This document shows, one piece after another, positions 49,273 to 59,225 of a stretch of DNA of 64,000 nucleotides. The DNA is taken from the NCBI GenBank assembly GCA_965216295.1, contig OZ244141.1, positions 429,772 to 493,771 of the forward strand. Direction: 5' to 3'. This DNA is from Minisyncoccota bacterium. GTDB taxonomy: Bacteria > Patescibacteriota > Minisyncoccia > Phycocordibacterales > JABAAK01. How positions within the stretch are numbered: the stretch's first letter is position 1; every line of letters begins with the position of its first letter. Made by a program: the position numbers and the translations under genes. A model generated the notes under the pieces. It had not been told where the DNA came from. It saw only the letters and a list, made by a program, of their open reading frames with translations, and ran no database searches.

Positions 49273-49686
49273 ATGATTGACATTACACCTGCACTTCAGA
49301 GTTTGCCATGGGTGGCAATTGTTATCAGTACACTTGCAGCAATTGTCGGTGGTGGATTGTGGTATGGACTTCTCTGCAAACACTACTTCCAGTTAAGTGA
49401 TGGCAAGGAAGAGATTGGAAAAGGAAACTGGGTTGGCATCATCATTCAATTACTTTCTTTTTTTGCACTCGCCCTCTTGGTCAGTGTCTTACTCCAACTG
49501 GGAAAACCACTATTCCTCCTTGGCGTAATTGGATTCGCACTCTTCATATTTCTGGCAAGCTTGTCAGGACGTATGTTTCATTTCGGCAATGACAACAGAC
49601 GAGCACTTGCTTTAACTAGCATTGTGCAAGGATATGAGGTGATTGCTATCTTCGTCATTGCGTGGGTCCAATATCTGTTCACGTAG
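49273..49686 (+). CDS. Small membrane protein (DUF1761-like)
   Basis: W.AIVIS...IVGGGLWYG.L; 4 TM. Confidence 0.6.
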   Translation: MIDITPALQSLPWVAIVISTLAAIVGGGLWYGLLCKHYFQLSDGKEEIGKGNWVGIIIQLLSFFALALLVSVLLQLGKPLFLLGVIGFALFIFLASLSGRMFHFGNDNRRALALTSIVQGYEVIAIFVIAWVQYLFT

Positions 49687-50695
49687 TGTCCTGCGAAGGT
49701 ATGAGAAGTGTCTCGAGAGGAAGTTGTTTAATATATGAATGCTGTATAGCAATTGATGCTTGTAAAAGATCTCGTAATGTTTTCGTTGAGAGTGCTTTGT
49801 GCTCGGCAAGTTTTTGAATAAATTTTTGATCATCTTCATCGTATTCCCCACTGACCACCTTGTAACCACCGCGAAAAAGTAGTGTGGCACGAACTTTTCT
49901 AATAGCAAGTTTTGTAAAGAGTGCCATTGATGTATGTGCTTCAACAGCGGTGGAAAGTGCTTTCACACCAACTGGCACGTCAGTATCCAGTAAGGCTTGG
50001 AGGTATTCATTGACGAGTTGATGTCGTGGTGCACCAATTATTTCTTCAACAAGCGATGTCTCTATTTTTTCCGTATCCGCAACGATGAGAACTTTCTGTA
50101 GTATTGATAGTGCATCACGGAAGGAACCTTCTGCGATAAGGGCAAGGAGTGAAACAGCTTGATCAGTAAGAGTACGCTTTTCTTTTTTTGCTGTAGCGAC
50201 GATAAATTGGCGTAACACACTGAGCGATGGTTGATGAAATGGGAGGTGCATACAACGCGAAACAACTGTTTCAGGTATTTTGTCCGCCTCAGTTGTTGCA
50301 AGTATGAAAACTGCATATGCAGGTGGCTCTTCTAGTGTCTTTAAAAATGCGTTGAATGCCGATTTTGAGAGCATGTGTGCCTCATCAAGTATGTATATTT
50401 TGTAGTCAGATTGCACAGGAAGAGAGTACACTGATGCATTTAACTCACGAATATGATCAACGCTTGTGTGTGATGCTGCATCTATTTCAAATATATCAAC
50501 ATCAGCACAATTGAGACTCTTAGCAAAAATACGGGCAACGCTGGTCTTCCCTGTACCTCGCGCACCAGTAAACATGTATGCATTGCTAATAGTTTTTCTC
50601 TTTATCGCCTTCTCAAGCACAGTAACCACTTGTGGTTGACCAATGACTTCTTTGAACTGCTTCGGTCTGTGTGTTTGGTATAGCGACCGATCCAT
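49679..50695 (-). CDS. dnaX: DNA polymerase III gamma/tau
   Basis: HRPKQF.EVIGQ, GARGTGKTS, EIDAAS, DEAHMLS, LKTLEEPP, SRC. Start at ATG 50695, 6 nt after TACACT. Confidence 0.96.
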   Translation of the reverse strand: MDRSLYQTHRPKQFKEVIGQPQVVTVLEKAIKRKTISNAYMFTGARGTGKTSVARIFAKSLNCADVDIFEIDAASHTSVDHIRELNASVYSLPVQSDYKIYILDEAHMLSKSAFNAFLKTLEEPPAYAVFILATTEADKIPETVVSRCMHLPFHQPSLSVLRQFIVATAKKEKRTLTDQAVSLLALIAEGSFRDALSILQKVLIVADTEKIETSLVEEIIGAPRHQLVNEYLQALLDTDVPVGVKALSTAVEAHTSMALFTKLAIRKVRATLLFRGGYKVVSGEYDEDDQKFIQKLAEHKALSTKTLRDLLQASIAIQHSYIKQLPLETLLIPSQDTT

Positions 50696-50743
50696 AGGCA
50701 CAGTGTACCCTACAAGCATCATTTAGAAAAACCCACCAATCTA

Positions 50744-50778
50744 AAAAAAAGAGATCCAACAGAACTGTTGAATCTCTT
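50744..50778 (-). terminator. Intrinsic terminator
   Basis: Minus strand AAGAGATTCAACAG-TT-CTGTTGGATCTCTT plus T-tract. Confidence 0.8.
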
Positions 50779-50800
50779 CGCAATAAATTATCACAATGTA

Positions 50801-51448
50801 CTATCTTTTTGTGACATTAGTATTTTTAGTAAATGCCCAATATTTCCATTTACCATCTTCGTATTCAACGCCAAGTCCTTCTGTGTAGTTGGACATGAAG
50901 TCAGCAAAAGAAAATGGTTGAAATCCGAGATGTTTGAGAAATTCTTCTGCAGCATCTCTTGGTAACGGAACATTGCGGTCTGCAAGAGGGATATTATTCA
51001 ATCTTGCAAACACTCGAAGTTGTCCTTTCACTTTCGACTCTGAGGAACTCGGTATGAGATTTACCAACCAATTAACTGATGCGCGCAAAAAACACTCATT
51101 TTTGCATCCTACGATTGGACTATCTCTCATTACAATGGGTAGAGATTCAGACCCATCGTAAACAACATCTTTCTTCAAAACCTCGTCAACAATGAATCCA
51201 TTAACAATATTTCCTCGTTTGACACTAATGTTCGCAACAATTCCTAAATCTTTTTCAGACGTTATCAATAATCCATCAGCCGTCACCACTGATTGATTTA
51301 ACATAACCTCACGGTCAAAAATATCAACAACTTCAATGTCAGTGCTTTTGGTGTCGGTTACAGGAATACCTGTGGTAGACGCTTCTACAGATGTATTAAT
51401 AGCGATAAATAGAAAAAGAAATGACTGAATAAATGTGTTTAGTTTCAT
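50801..51448 (-). CDS. Secreted hypothetical protein (stand-alone cassette)
   Basis: AGGAGG SD before ATG 51448; signal peptide MKLNTFIQSFLFLFIAINTSVEA. Confidence 0.7.
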   Translation of the reverse strand: MKLNTFIQSFLFLFIAINTSVEASTTGIPVTDTKSTDIEVVDIFDREVMLNQSVVTADGLLITSEKDLGIVANISVKRGNIVNGFIVDEVLKKDVVYDGSESLPIVMRDSPIVGCKNECFLRASVNWLVNLIPSSSESKVKGQLRVFARLNNIPLADRNVPLPRDAAEEFLKHLGFQPFSFADFMSNYTEGLGVEYEDGKWKYWAFTKNTNVTKR

Positions 51449-51619
51449 GTATGAAACCTCCTTTGTTATAAAACACGGCATTCGCTCTTGTGAAGATAAA
51501 AATCTCACAACAGCAAAATCTATAGATGATGTGGAAAAACGATAAGTAGCCGTAAAAACTACTAATACCAATACCCACCTCACACTCTAATACAATTTTA
51601 GAGTATATTTAAACTTTTG

Positions 51620-52621
51620 TCAATTATCGCCCAGGTCTGTGTGATTGCCATTAAGAAACTCTCGTAGGTACTGTTGCATCTCAGAGATACTCTTTGTTTT
51701 CATAAGAGCAATGCGCAATTCCTTGGCACCATCAAAATCAGACACATACCCTTTCACAAAATACCTTTTGATATTGAAAAATGGCTTCCCATCACCACCA
51801 AACTGATGACACAACGCGAGATGTGTGATACATGCTTGCAAACGATCAGACACAGATAGACGATTATGCCGAACAGTTTTATTGAAAAACCAAGGATTAC
51901 CGAAAAGAGAACGACCAACCAACACCCCATCACAACCTGTTTCCTGTATCTTTTGTTCCGCTTCAGAACGAGAACCAATATCTCCATTACCGAGTATGCG
52001 TGTTTTTGGTGCATACTTTTCTCGCAGTGCAACAATGCGTGACATAGTATCCCACCGTGCTGGTGTCGCAGACATATCCTTTCTCGTACGCAGATGGACA
52101 GACAGTGCATCTATTCCAGTACATAGGAGTGTTGGAATCCATGTATCAATTTCATCGGTATTGTAACCAATACGAGTTTTAACTGATATGGGAAGTGGTG
52201 TAGCGTCGTGTGTCTCTTGAGCGGCCTTTTGTGCAGCCTCAATCAACTGCACAGCGCGATCGGGTGTTCGTATCAATGCTGCACCAGCCCCCTGTTTTTC
52301 AATAGTTTTTTCTGGACATCCCATATTGATATCAACACCATCAAACCCTAACGACTTCGCAAGGCGAACAGCGTTCATCAAATTTTCTGTATTATCAGTA
52401 AAAAATTGTGCAACAATCGGACGTTGTTGTTCTGTGAAAGCAAGATCACGCTGGAGCACTTCTCTTCCTGGTGACGAGAGCCCGTCTGCTGAGACAAATT
52501 CTGTCCAGAAAATATCGGGAGATCCGTACTGCACAAAGAGTTCGCGGAACGCGATATCAGTCACACTTGCCATTGGTGCCATACCGACAATGGGTTTCGA
52601 TATCTTCTGCCAAAAGTGCAT
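51620..52621 (-). CDS. dus: tRNA-dihydrouridine synthase
   Basis: MAPMASVTD, DINMGCP, GAGAAL, SVKTRIG, VHLRT, GNGDI, VGR..FGNPW. Confidence 0.93.
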   Translation of the reverse strand: MHFWQKISKPIVGMAPMASVTDIAFRELFVQYGSPDIFWTEFVSADGLSSPGREVLQRDLAFTEQQRPIVAQFFTDNTENLMNAVRLAKSLGFDGVDINMGCPEKTIEKQGAGAALIRTPDRAVQLIEAAQKAAQETHDATPLPISVKTRIGYNTDEIDTWIPTLLCTGIDALSVHLRTRKDMSATPARWDTMSRIVALREKYAPKTRILGNGDIGSRSEAEQKIQETGCDGVLVGRSLFGNPWFFNKTVRHNRLSVSDRLQACITHLALCHQFGGDGKPFFNIKRYFVKGYVSDFDGAKELRIALMKTKSISEMQQYLREFLNGNHTDLGDN

Positions 52622-52622
52622 A

Positions 52623-53414
52623 CTACTCTTTTTCAATATAGTGTATGGTGTCTGGCTGACGAACATCAAGATACTGTAAACGCTCTAACGTCTCTTTAGT
52701 AAAAATTTCAAATAGTGCAACATACAAAGATCGCGTTGTTTCATAAATGGTTTTGTTGGTACTGAAACGAATTTCTAATCCAGTAGTAGTTTCTAGAACA
52801 ACCTGATCGCCCTCTGAAACAGCTATACGATTGATATAGACTCCCTGCTCCTCAAGAAACTGAGTGACAGCAACAATGATTTCAAACACTTTTGGAAGTA
52901 CTGGTTGTAAGACGGTAACATCAAAGTCTGTTTCAAGCATACGAAGTTGATTGACAGAGGAAGTTGAAAACGGTACCCCCATGACATCAATCACGAGACA
53001 GTCATCTGGCTTGTAACAGTACGAGGCAAACGGTTCTCGTTCATGAGCGAGGATATGCCAGTTATGTAACAGTTCACTGGTGATGGTAATGTGAGCAATC
53101 TGTGGTACCTCTGCCAAAATGTAATCAACAATTGCATCGGTTCTGAAGAGATAGTACGTCCTACCACCAACAAGACCAAGCCATTGTGTGTTAAACTTTT
53201 CGTGAATCAGTGTTTCAATTTTCTGAACAACTGCACGATTGTCAGTATCTACCGTCACAGTGACATGACGAACAGAAAAAAGTGGTGTATGGATAAGAAA
53301 CCACAACACAACAATAGTAACAACGACAATACCTCCTTTGATAAAAATGAAAGAGAGTAGACGTCGCGTCCTTTTTTTACGTGACCACCGTTTCAATCTT
53401 TTGAATATCGCCAT
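52623..53414 (-). CDS. Cell division FtsQ/DivIB-like protein
   Basis: Basic N-tail, TM, PLFSVRHVTV POTRA-like region, EREP, YLDVR. Confidence 0.75.
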   Translation of the reverse strand: MAIFKRLKRWSRKKRTRRLLSFIFIKGGIVVVTIVVLWFLIHTPLFSVRHVTVTVDTDNRAVVQKIETLIHEKFNTQWLGLVGGRTYYLFRTDAIVDYILAEVPQIAHITITSELLHNWHILAHEREPFASYCYKPDDCLVIDVMGVPFSTSSVNQLRMLETDFDVTVLQPVLPKVFEIIVAVTQFLEEQGVYINRIAVSEGDQVVLETTTGLEIRFSTNKTIYETTRSLYVALFEIFTKETLERLQYLDVRQPDTIHYIEKE

Positions 53415-53421
53415 AGTGCTT

Positions 53422-54705
53422 TTACCGTATACACCGTACCTTTGTATATTGCTGGAGCACCTCCGGAACGGTGACAGTACCATCTTCTTGTTGGTAATTC
53501 TCCATAAGAGCAATCAGCAACCGCCCCATTGCAAAAACAGTAGCGTCATTCATGTGGACATAATCAAGTTGTCCCTTTCCCCCAGAAGGCCTCATCCGTA
53601 TACCAAGTCTCCTCGACTGGTATGCTCCTGTTAAATCCGCAGAGTGTGTTTCGCGATAGGTATTTTGTCCTGGCATCCACATCTCAATATCAATCTGTCG
53701 TGCATCAGGATCTCCCATGTCACCAGTACAGATAGCAACCACTCTGTACGGCATTGCAAGTTGTTGGATGAGATATTCTTGTATGGCAACGAGGAAATCT
53801 TGTTCATTTCGTGAATCTTCTGGTGCAGTGAACGATTCAAATTCCATTTTATCAAACTGGTGTTGCCGAAGGATACCTTTTGTGTCTTTACCATATGAAC
53901 CAGCCTCACGACGAAACGCAGTGCTGTATCCAATGTAACGAAGTGGAAGATCATCTTGATCAAGAATCTCATCTGCATGCATTGCCCCGAGTGCGTGTTC
54001 TGCACTTCCTGCGAGAAATAGTTCATCTTGCTCAAGAAAGAATTTATCTTCTCGTGGATCTAATCGTGCCATACCAAACAACATGTCTGGCTTTACCATA
54101 ACTGGTGGTAACACAGGAATAAATGGTTTTGTCGATACCGAGAGATTTGCTCCCTTGGCGATGGAATTAAGTTTTTGTGTGTCAGTAACTACATCAAGAA
54201 CAAACTGTATGATTGCAAATTGTAGTTTCACAATGTCTCCCTTGAGAAAAGTAAAACGTGAACCAGCAACTTTCACTCCCCGCTCACTATCAATACTACC
54301 GAGTGCACGTCCAATATCCCAATGCGATTTTGGGGTAAACGAAAACGCTGGCTTGTCCCCACACTCTCTCAAAACAACGTTGTCTGACTCATCTTTGCCA
54401 ATCGGAACATCTGCCAGTGGTACGTTTGGGATAGTGACCAAGAGTTGCATGAGTTCTTGTGTCGTGACTCTGAGTTTCTCCTCAGTGACACGTAATTGTT
54501 CTTTGACCTGAGTACCTTTCGTGTTATCACGCTCTTTTGCGGCAAGGTTTTTCTGGCGATTGAGATCATCAACCTCCTGTACAAGTGCAATGCGCTTCTT
54601 GTATACTGTTTCCAATTGAGCAAAGTCAGGTGGTGGTACCTGACGGTTGCGCATTGCTGTTTCAATAATATCCTTATTTTTCAGTATTGATTGGATATCA
54701 AGCAT
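53422..54705 (-). CDS. serS: Seryl-tRNA synthetase
   Basis: MLDIQ, IPNVP, HWDIG, FRREAGSYGKD..GILRQHQFDKME, ENYQQEDG. Confidence 0.98.
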   Translation of the reverse strand: MLDIQSILKNKDIIETAMRNRQVPPPDFAQLETVYKKRIALVQEVDDLNRQKNLAAKERDNTKGTQVKEQLRVTEEKLRVTTQELMQLLVTIPNVPLADVPIGKDESDNVVLRECGDKPAFSFTPKSHWDIGRALGSIDSERGVKVAGSRFTFLKGDIVKLQFAIIQFVLDVVTDTQKLNSIAKGANLSVSTKPFIPVLPPVMVKPDMLFGMARLDPREDKFFLEQDELFLAGSAEHALGAMHADEILDQDDLPLRYIGYSTAFRREAGSYGKDTKGILRQHQFDKMEFESFTAPEDSRNEQDFLVAIQEYLIQQLAMPYRVVAICTGDMGDPDARQIDIEMWMPGQNTYRETHSADLTGAYQSRRLGIRMRPSGGKGQLDYVHMNDATVFAMGRLLIALMENYQQEDGTVTVPEVLQQYTKVRCIR

Positions 54706-54774
54706 AGATAATCCTACTATACCACACGTGTATGTAACTACTTTGTAGAACAATCTATATACCACCTACTTCAT

Positions 54775-55521
54775 ATGACTACTAACCAAGAACAACATCC
54801 AATACGACAATTACAACAACGTGAGTGGCCACCGTTACTACGAGCTGACGCTGGTGTGGTTGATGCACCAAAACTATTGTACTGTCGTGGCACTACTCCA
54901 AACTGGAAAAGAAAACTGATTACGATTGTTGGGTCACGAAAGCATAGTGACTACGGTAAACGAGTATGTGAAAAAATAATTGCTGACCTCGCGCAATACC
55001 CGGTTACCATCGTCTCTGGATTAGCACTCGGCATTGATGCCATCGCACACCGCAGTGCATTACAAAACAACATACCAACAATTGGCGTTGTTGGCTCTGG
55101 ACTTGATACTCCCTCACTCTACCCAAAAACAAATACTCCGTTGGCACAAGAAATGCTTGAAACGGGTAACGCACTACTCTCAGAGTACGCAGCTGGCATG
55201 ACGGTAAAACCGTACACTTTTCCCAGAAGAAACAGAATCATGGCTGGTATGAGTGTTATAACGGTTGTTATTGAATGTACGTCTCAATCTGGAACACGCA
55301 TTACCGCACGACTTGCTTTAGAGTACGGGAGAGAGGTGTGTGCAGTACCGCATGATATTTTTTCTCGTGTTGGTTGTGGTACTAATATACTTCTCGGTGA
55401 AGGAGCACACGTTGTACAAAGTGGTCACGACATCGCTGAACTTATTGGTTTTGATAATGAGGAATCCGTTTCGTATGGAAAAAATGCATACAACAACAAG
55501 ACTACATACGACCGTAGATAA
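54775..55521 (+). CDS. dprA: DNA processing protein DprA
   Basis: IVGSRK, VSGLALGIDAIAH, LSEY, FPRRNRIMAG, SGTRITA. Confidence 0.95.
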   Translation: MTTNQEQHPIRQLQQREWPPLLRADAGVVDAPKLLYCRGTTPNWKRKLITIVGSRKHSDYGKRVCEKIIADLAQYPVTIVSGLALGIDAIAHRSALQNNIPTIGVVGSGLDTPSLYPKTNTPLAQEMLETGNALLSEYAAGMTVKPYTFPRRNRIMAGMSVITVVIECTSQSGTRITARLALEYGREVCAVPHDIFSRVGCGTNILLGEGAHVVQSGHDIAELIGFDNEESVSYGKNAYNNKTTYDRR

Positions 55522-56044
55522 ATAGAGTAAGTGGTCGAAAGTACTCCTGACCGTCTTGCCAAGAAAGGCGGTAATACCCTTCTTCCTTTTCTGGATCATG
55601 AAGATACCACGCAGAAGGTGTCTGAGAAGAACCACTCTCATAACCAACAAGAACCAAGAGGTGTGTTCCTTGACGTGGTGGTCTATGTCGCACAGAGATA
55701 ATCACAGGAACACCAGTTGCTATCATTGTAGTCACCTTCTCTACCATTTCATCGCTCACCGAAGTAAAATCTTCTGCATAGCCAAAACAATTATGCGCAT
55801 GTGCAAGTGCCACCAACTGTTGGTGACGCCAGCCAACATTCTCTCTATACCCTTCTCTCTGCAATCCCTCTTCAATGAGTGCATCGGGTGTTGGTGTGTT
55901 TGTTTTTTGCCAGTACTGTATAACCATAGCAAGGGCGGTGATACCACAGGCACGAGACTGCCATTTTGAATTAGTCACATCACGGTACTGACAGAGATGT
56001 GGAACCCCTTGTATGATGTGCTGTTTTGCTATCTGACCTCCCAT
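55502..56044 (-). CDS. C39-like cysteine peptidase
   Basis: VP...Q, CGITALAMV (Cys), HLLVLVGY (His), LHDP (Asp). Confidence 0.85.
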   Translation of the reverse strand: MGGQIAKQHIIQGVPHLCQYRDVTNSKWQSRACGITALAMVIQYWQKTNTPTPDALIEEGLQREGYRENVGWRHQQLVALAHAHNCFGYAEDFTSVSDEMVEKVTTMIATGVPVIISVRHRPPRQGTHLLVLVGYESGSSQTPSAWYLHDPEKEEGYYRLSWQDGQEYFRPLTLFIYGRM

Positions 56045-58410
56045 GATTCTTTCTGTAACGCCTGAGTGACATGATCCATGACAACTGTCACCTCATCATC
56101 GGTTAATGTTTTATCATCTGATTGAAAAACGAGACGAAAGGCAAATGAAACTTTATCATCACGAGAGAAAACATCAAACAAGTTCCTTTGACGAAGGAGT
56201 GCTCCAGCGTTTTCATCAATACAACGACCAATGTCAGAAGCAGTTATGGTAGATGGCACAAACACCGATATATCACGCAAGACGAAAGGATATCGTGATG
56301 GTGCCCTGTACTGCACCCCTGCCACTGAAGGAAATGAGGTGTATGTTTCTTGAAGAGGTTTGTCAGCAATGCAGGGTGACAGAGCAACTTCCCACACACC
56401 ATCATTGAAACTACCTGGTAGTGTCACATCAAGAGTACTAAGTGCTACTCGTACCTCTTCTGCAATCTTCTCACTAACTACCTTTGGTCTTCCTGGGACA
56501 GATGCAATACCAAGTGCCAAGTGCACCTCCTCACCATCTTTTGAAAATACCGTGCCGAACTCAAAGAGACGCACCGCTTCACCACCGAGAAGTTCACCAT
56601 GTTGTGCGTTTCTATTCAGCGCCTCACGCAACCCATCAGCAAGAGTGCTACGCAAACACGCCTTATCCGCAGCGAGTGGGTAGGAAACACAGACATCAGA
56701 TTTTTTTTGAAATGTGTAGGTGACTACTTCAGAAAAACCAATAGCATTGAGTGCTTCAGTGATACGCCATTGGTGTGCAAGTTGCTGATGGATTGCCACT
56801 TTAGTGCGTGATTTTGGTTTTCGTGTCGGTACCGCATCGTAACCACTGATACGACCGACTTCTTCTACCAAATCAATCTTTCTGGCAATATCAATGCGTT
56901 CTACAGGAACCCGTACCACAATCCTATCCTCAGTATCGTGCCAAATTCGTCTGTACCCAACACAGGCTTCATGTTTTTGTAATCTTTGGAGTACTGCCTT
57001 CAGTGACTCTTCAACAACCATATTCTCTCCTGAAGAACCAACTGCGTGGATGATGGTCCCTGTGTCAGTCACGATGCCACAATGATTAATTCCACCCGGT
57101 ACTGTGCCAGGTGTGACAGGTGTCGCCGCTTCAAAAACACTTTCGGTGTATACCTTTGCACCAGAATCTAAAACAAAAAATACAAGATCACCACCCTCGA
57201 TATCTTCTTTCGCAACCTCTTCACCAGTTATATATTGATTTATAGAAATACGGGGTATGGTCTTCCCAGCGTGTGCTGCACAGTATGCGACAAAACCAGA
57301 ACAGTCAAAACACTCTGGTGCATCGCGAAGTATGGAAGCACCATAGCGATATGGTGTACCAATCTGTGTTCGCGCAACGTCAATCATTTCATCTTGTGGC
57401 GTAATAATAACACTGTGCTCTATTCCTAAACGAGAAAACACTGCAGTGACCTGTTGTTTTGTAAAATCCGTGCCAAGCACTGTGTTCACATCACTGGTTG
57501 CAATACCAAGTACCATCTGAGAACGTAATTTTTCTGCTCGATGTTCGTACGTCACCATACTCTTCCCTTCTGGAGCAATCATATCTGTCAAAAGAGTGAG
57601 TGCGTGGCGGAGCGTGTAATCAATCAATTCTGAGGGGTAGCCTTGTGAAAACCGAAGCGCTGCGTCAGTTACCAAATCTGTTCTTCGCATGGTGAGGCGG
57701 ATACGTTCGTGATTGAACGTTGCAGCCTCCAAAAGGATATTCTTTGTGTTCTCATCTACCATTGCAACCTTGCCACCCTTAATACCTCCTAAGGCAAGGA
57801 TGGTGTCATTGGCGGTATCGACGATAACAATATCACCCGCTTGGAGAGAAACTTTCTGTTCATCAATAGTGATGAACTGCTCACCATCTCGTGCTTCCCG
57901 CACCGCAAGACCTCCCTGTATTTTATCAGCATCAAAGACATGCATTGGATGGCCAATTTCAAAAAGAAGGTAATTAACAATATCAACTATGGGATGCACA
58001 CACCGTTTCCCAATCGCTTCAAGTCGACTGCGCATCCAAGGAGGTGTTGTGTCATATGTACAGTGCAATAGATGTGTGACGGTATATCTGGGACACAGAG
58101 ATGTTTTCACAACAATTCGTTTTACATCTTTTTGATATGGAATTGTGTTCTTTTGAGTAAAATGAGTTACCCGTAATGGCGCTGTACAAACAGCACTAAT
58201 CTCTTTTGCAACACCATAGTGAGAGAGGCAATCAACTGCCCTGTTTGGTAACACATCAAGTGTAAAAATAGTGTCAGATTTATCATCTGTTTGGTCTATG
58301 GATTCAACTTCAAGCGAGTGACGCAACAATTTCTCCCCCACCTCCTCTGGTGACGGCAATACATCTTCAAAAAAAGATTGCAACCATTCGTAGCTATACT
58401 TTCCTTTCAT
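56029..58410 (-). CDS. pheT: Phenylalanyl-tRNA synthetase beta subunit (no B2 domain) with inserted NlpC/P60 domain
   Basis: YSYEWL, LPNR.DCLSH.GVA.E, GHPMHVFD, TDAALRF, R.DI....DLVEEVGRISGY, SRYP.V.RDIS. Confidence 0.95.
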   Translation of the reverse strand: MKGKYSYEWLQSFFEDVLPSPEEVGEKLLRHSLEVESIDQTDDKSDTIFTLDVLPNRAVDCLSHYGVAKEISAVCTAPLRVTHFTQKNTIPYQKDVKRIVVKTSLCPRYTVTHLLHCTYDTTPPWMRSRLEAIGKRCVHPIVDIVNYLLFEIGHPMHVFDADKIQGGLAVREARDGEQFITIDEQKVSLQAGDIVIVDTANDTILALGGIKGGKVAMVDENTKNILLEAATFNHERIRLTMRRTDLVTDAALRFSQGYPSELIDYTLRHALTLLTDMIAPEGKSMVTYEHRAEKLRSQMVLGIATSDVNTVLGTDFTKQQVTAVFSRLGIEHSVIITPQDEMIDVARTQIGTPYRYGASILRDAPECFDCSGFVAYCAAHAGKTIPRISINQYITGEEVAKEDIEGGDLVFFVLDSGAKVYTESVFEAATPVTPGTVPGGINHCGIVTDTGTIIHAVGSSGENMVVEESLKAVLQRLQKHEACVGYRRIWHDTEDRIVVRVPVERIDIARKIDLVEEVGRISGYDAVPTRKPKSRTKVAIHQQLAHQWRITEALNAIGFSEVVTYTFQKKSDVCVSYPLAADKACLRSTLADGLREALNRNAQHGELLGGEAVRLFEFGTVFSKDGEEVHLALGIASVPGRPKVVSEKIAEEVRVALSTLDVTLPGSFNDGVWEVALSPCIADKPLQETYTSFPSVAGVQYRAPSRYPFVLRDISVFVPSTITASDIGRCIDENAGALLRQRNLFDVFSRDDKVSFAFRLVFQSDDKTLTDDEVTVVMDHVTQALQKESWEVR

Positions 58411-59144
58411 ACAAAAAACTGATTAACGAATCGTAAATCACCACTATAGAGGTGACGAATATCATCAATACCATGACGAAGTATAGCGACTCTATCAATC
58501 CCAATGCCAAAAGCAAATCCTTGATACATATTCGTATCTATACCAATCCGAGCAAGAACAAGTGGGTGCACCATGCCGCAGCCAAGTATCTCAATCCATT
58601 CAGAACTACCCTTTCGTTTCATATCAACCTCTAAACTAGGTTCAGTAAATGGGAAAAAACTTGGACGGTACCGTACATCAATGTCAGTACCAAAGAGTGC
58701 TGTGAGTAACTCATTGAGAAACCCTTTCATGTCAGAGAGTGTGATATCGGTGTCAACACACAACCCTTCTAATTGAAAAAATTGTGCTTCATGGGTCGCA
58801 TCTGTCGCTTCATTTCGAAATACTTTTCCAGGAGCAATAATACGAATCGGAGGTTTATGCTGTTCCATGAAACGAATTTGAACGGCAGAGGTGTGCGTGC
58901 GTAAGAGATTCTTCTTGCTCCCTCGTATCCAAAAAGTATCCCACATCTCACGAGCTGGATGACCTTTCGGTACATTGAGTGCATCAAAGTTATACCATTC
59001 AGTTTCTAACTCTGGGCCAGTCACCACTTTGTAACCCAAAGCACTACAAATCTGTACCATCTCATTGATAGTAGCAGTAGTGATGTGGGCACAACCAGCC
59101 CGCAATCCCTCCTTTTCATCATGTGCCCTCTGTGTGTGAACCAT
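58407..59144 (-). CDS. pheS: Phenylalanyl-tRNA synthetase alpha subunit (no N-terminal coiled coil)
   Basis: NFDALN..HPAR..DTF, LRTHTS.VQ, FPFTEPS, GFAFGIGIDR. Confidence 0.97.
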   Translation of the reverse strand: MVHTQRAHDEKEGLRAGCAHITTATINEMVQICSALGYKVVTGPELETEWYNFDALNVPKGHPAREMWDTFWIRGSKKNLLRTHTSAVQIRFMEQHKPPIRIIAPGKVFRNEATDATHEAQFFQLEGLCVDTDITLSDMKGFLNELLTALFGTDIDVRYRPSFFPFTEPSLEVDMKRKGSSEWIEILGCGMVHPLVLARIGIDTNMYQGFAFGIGIDRVAILRHGIDDIRHLYSGDLRFVNQFFV

Positions 59145-59225
59145 CTTCTTGTTGTATAGAAATCATGAGCAGTATAGCATGTGAGACTATAAAATAAGGG
59201 ATACGAGGCATATACTGGCAATACC

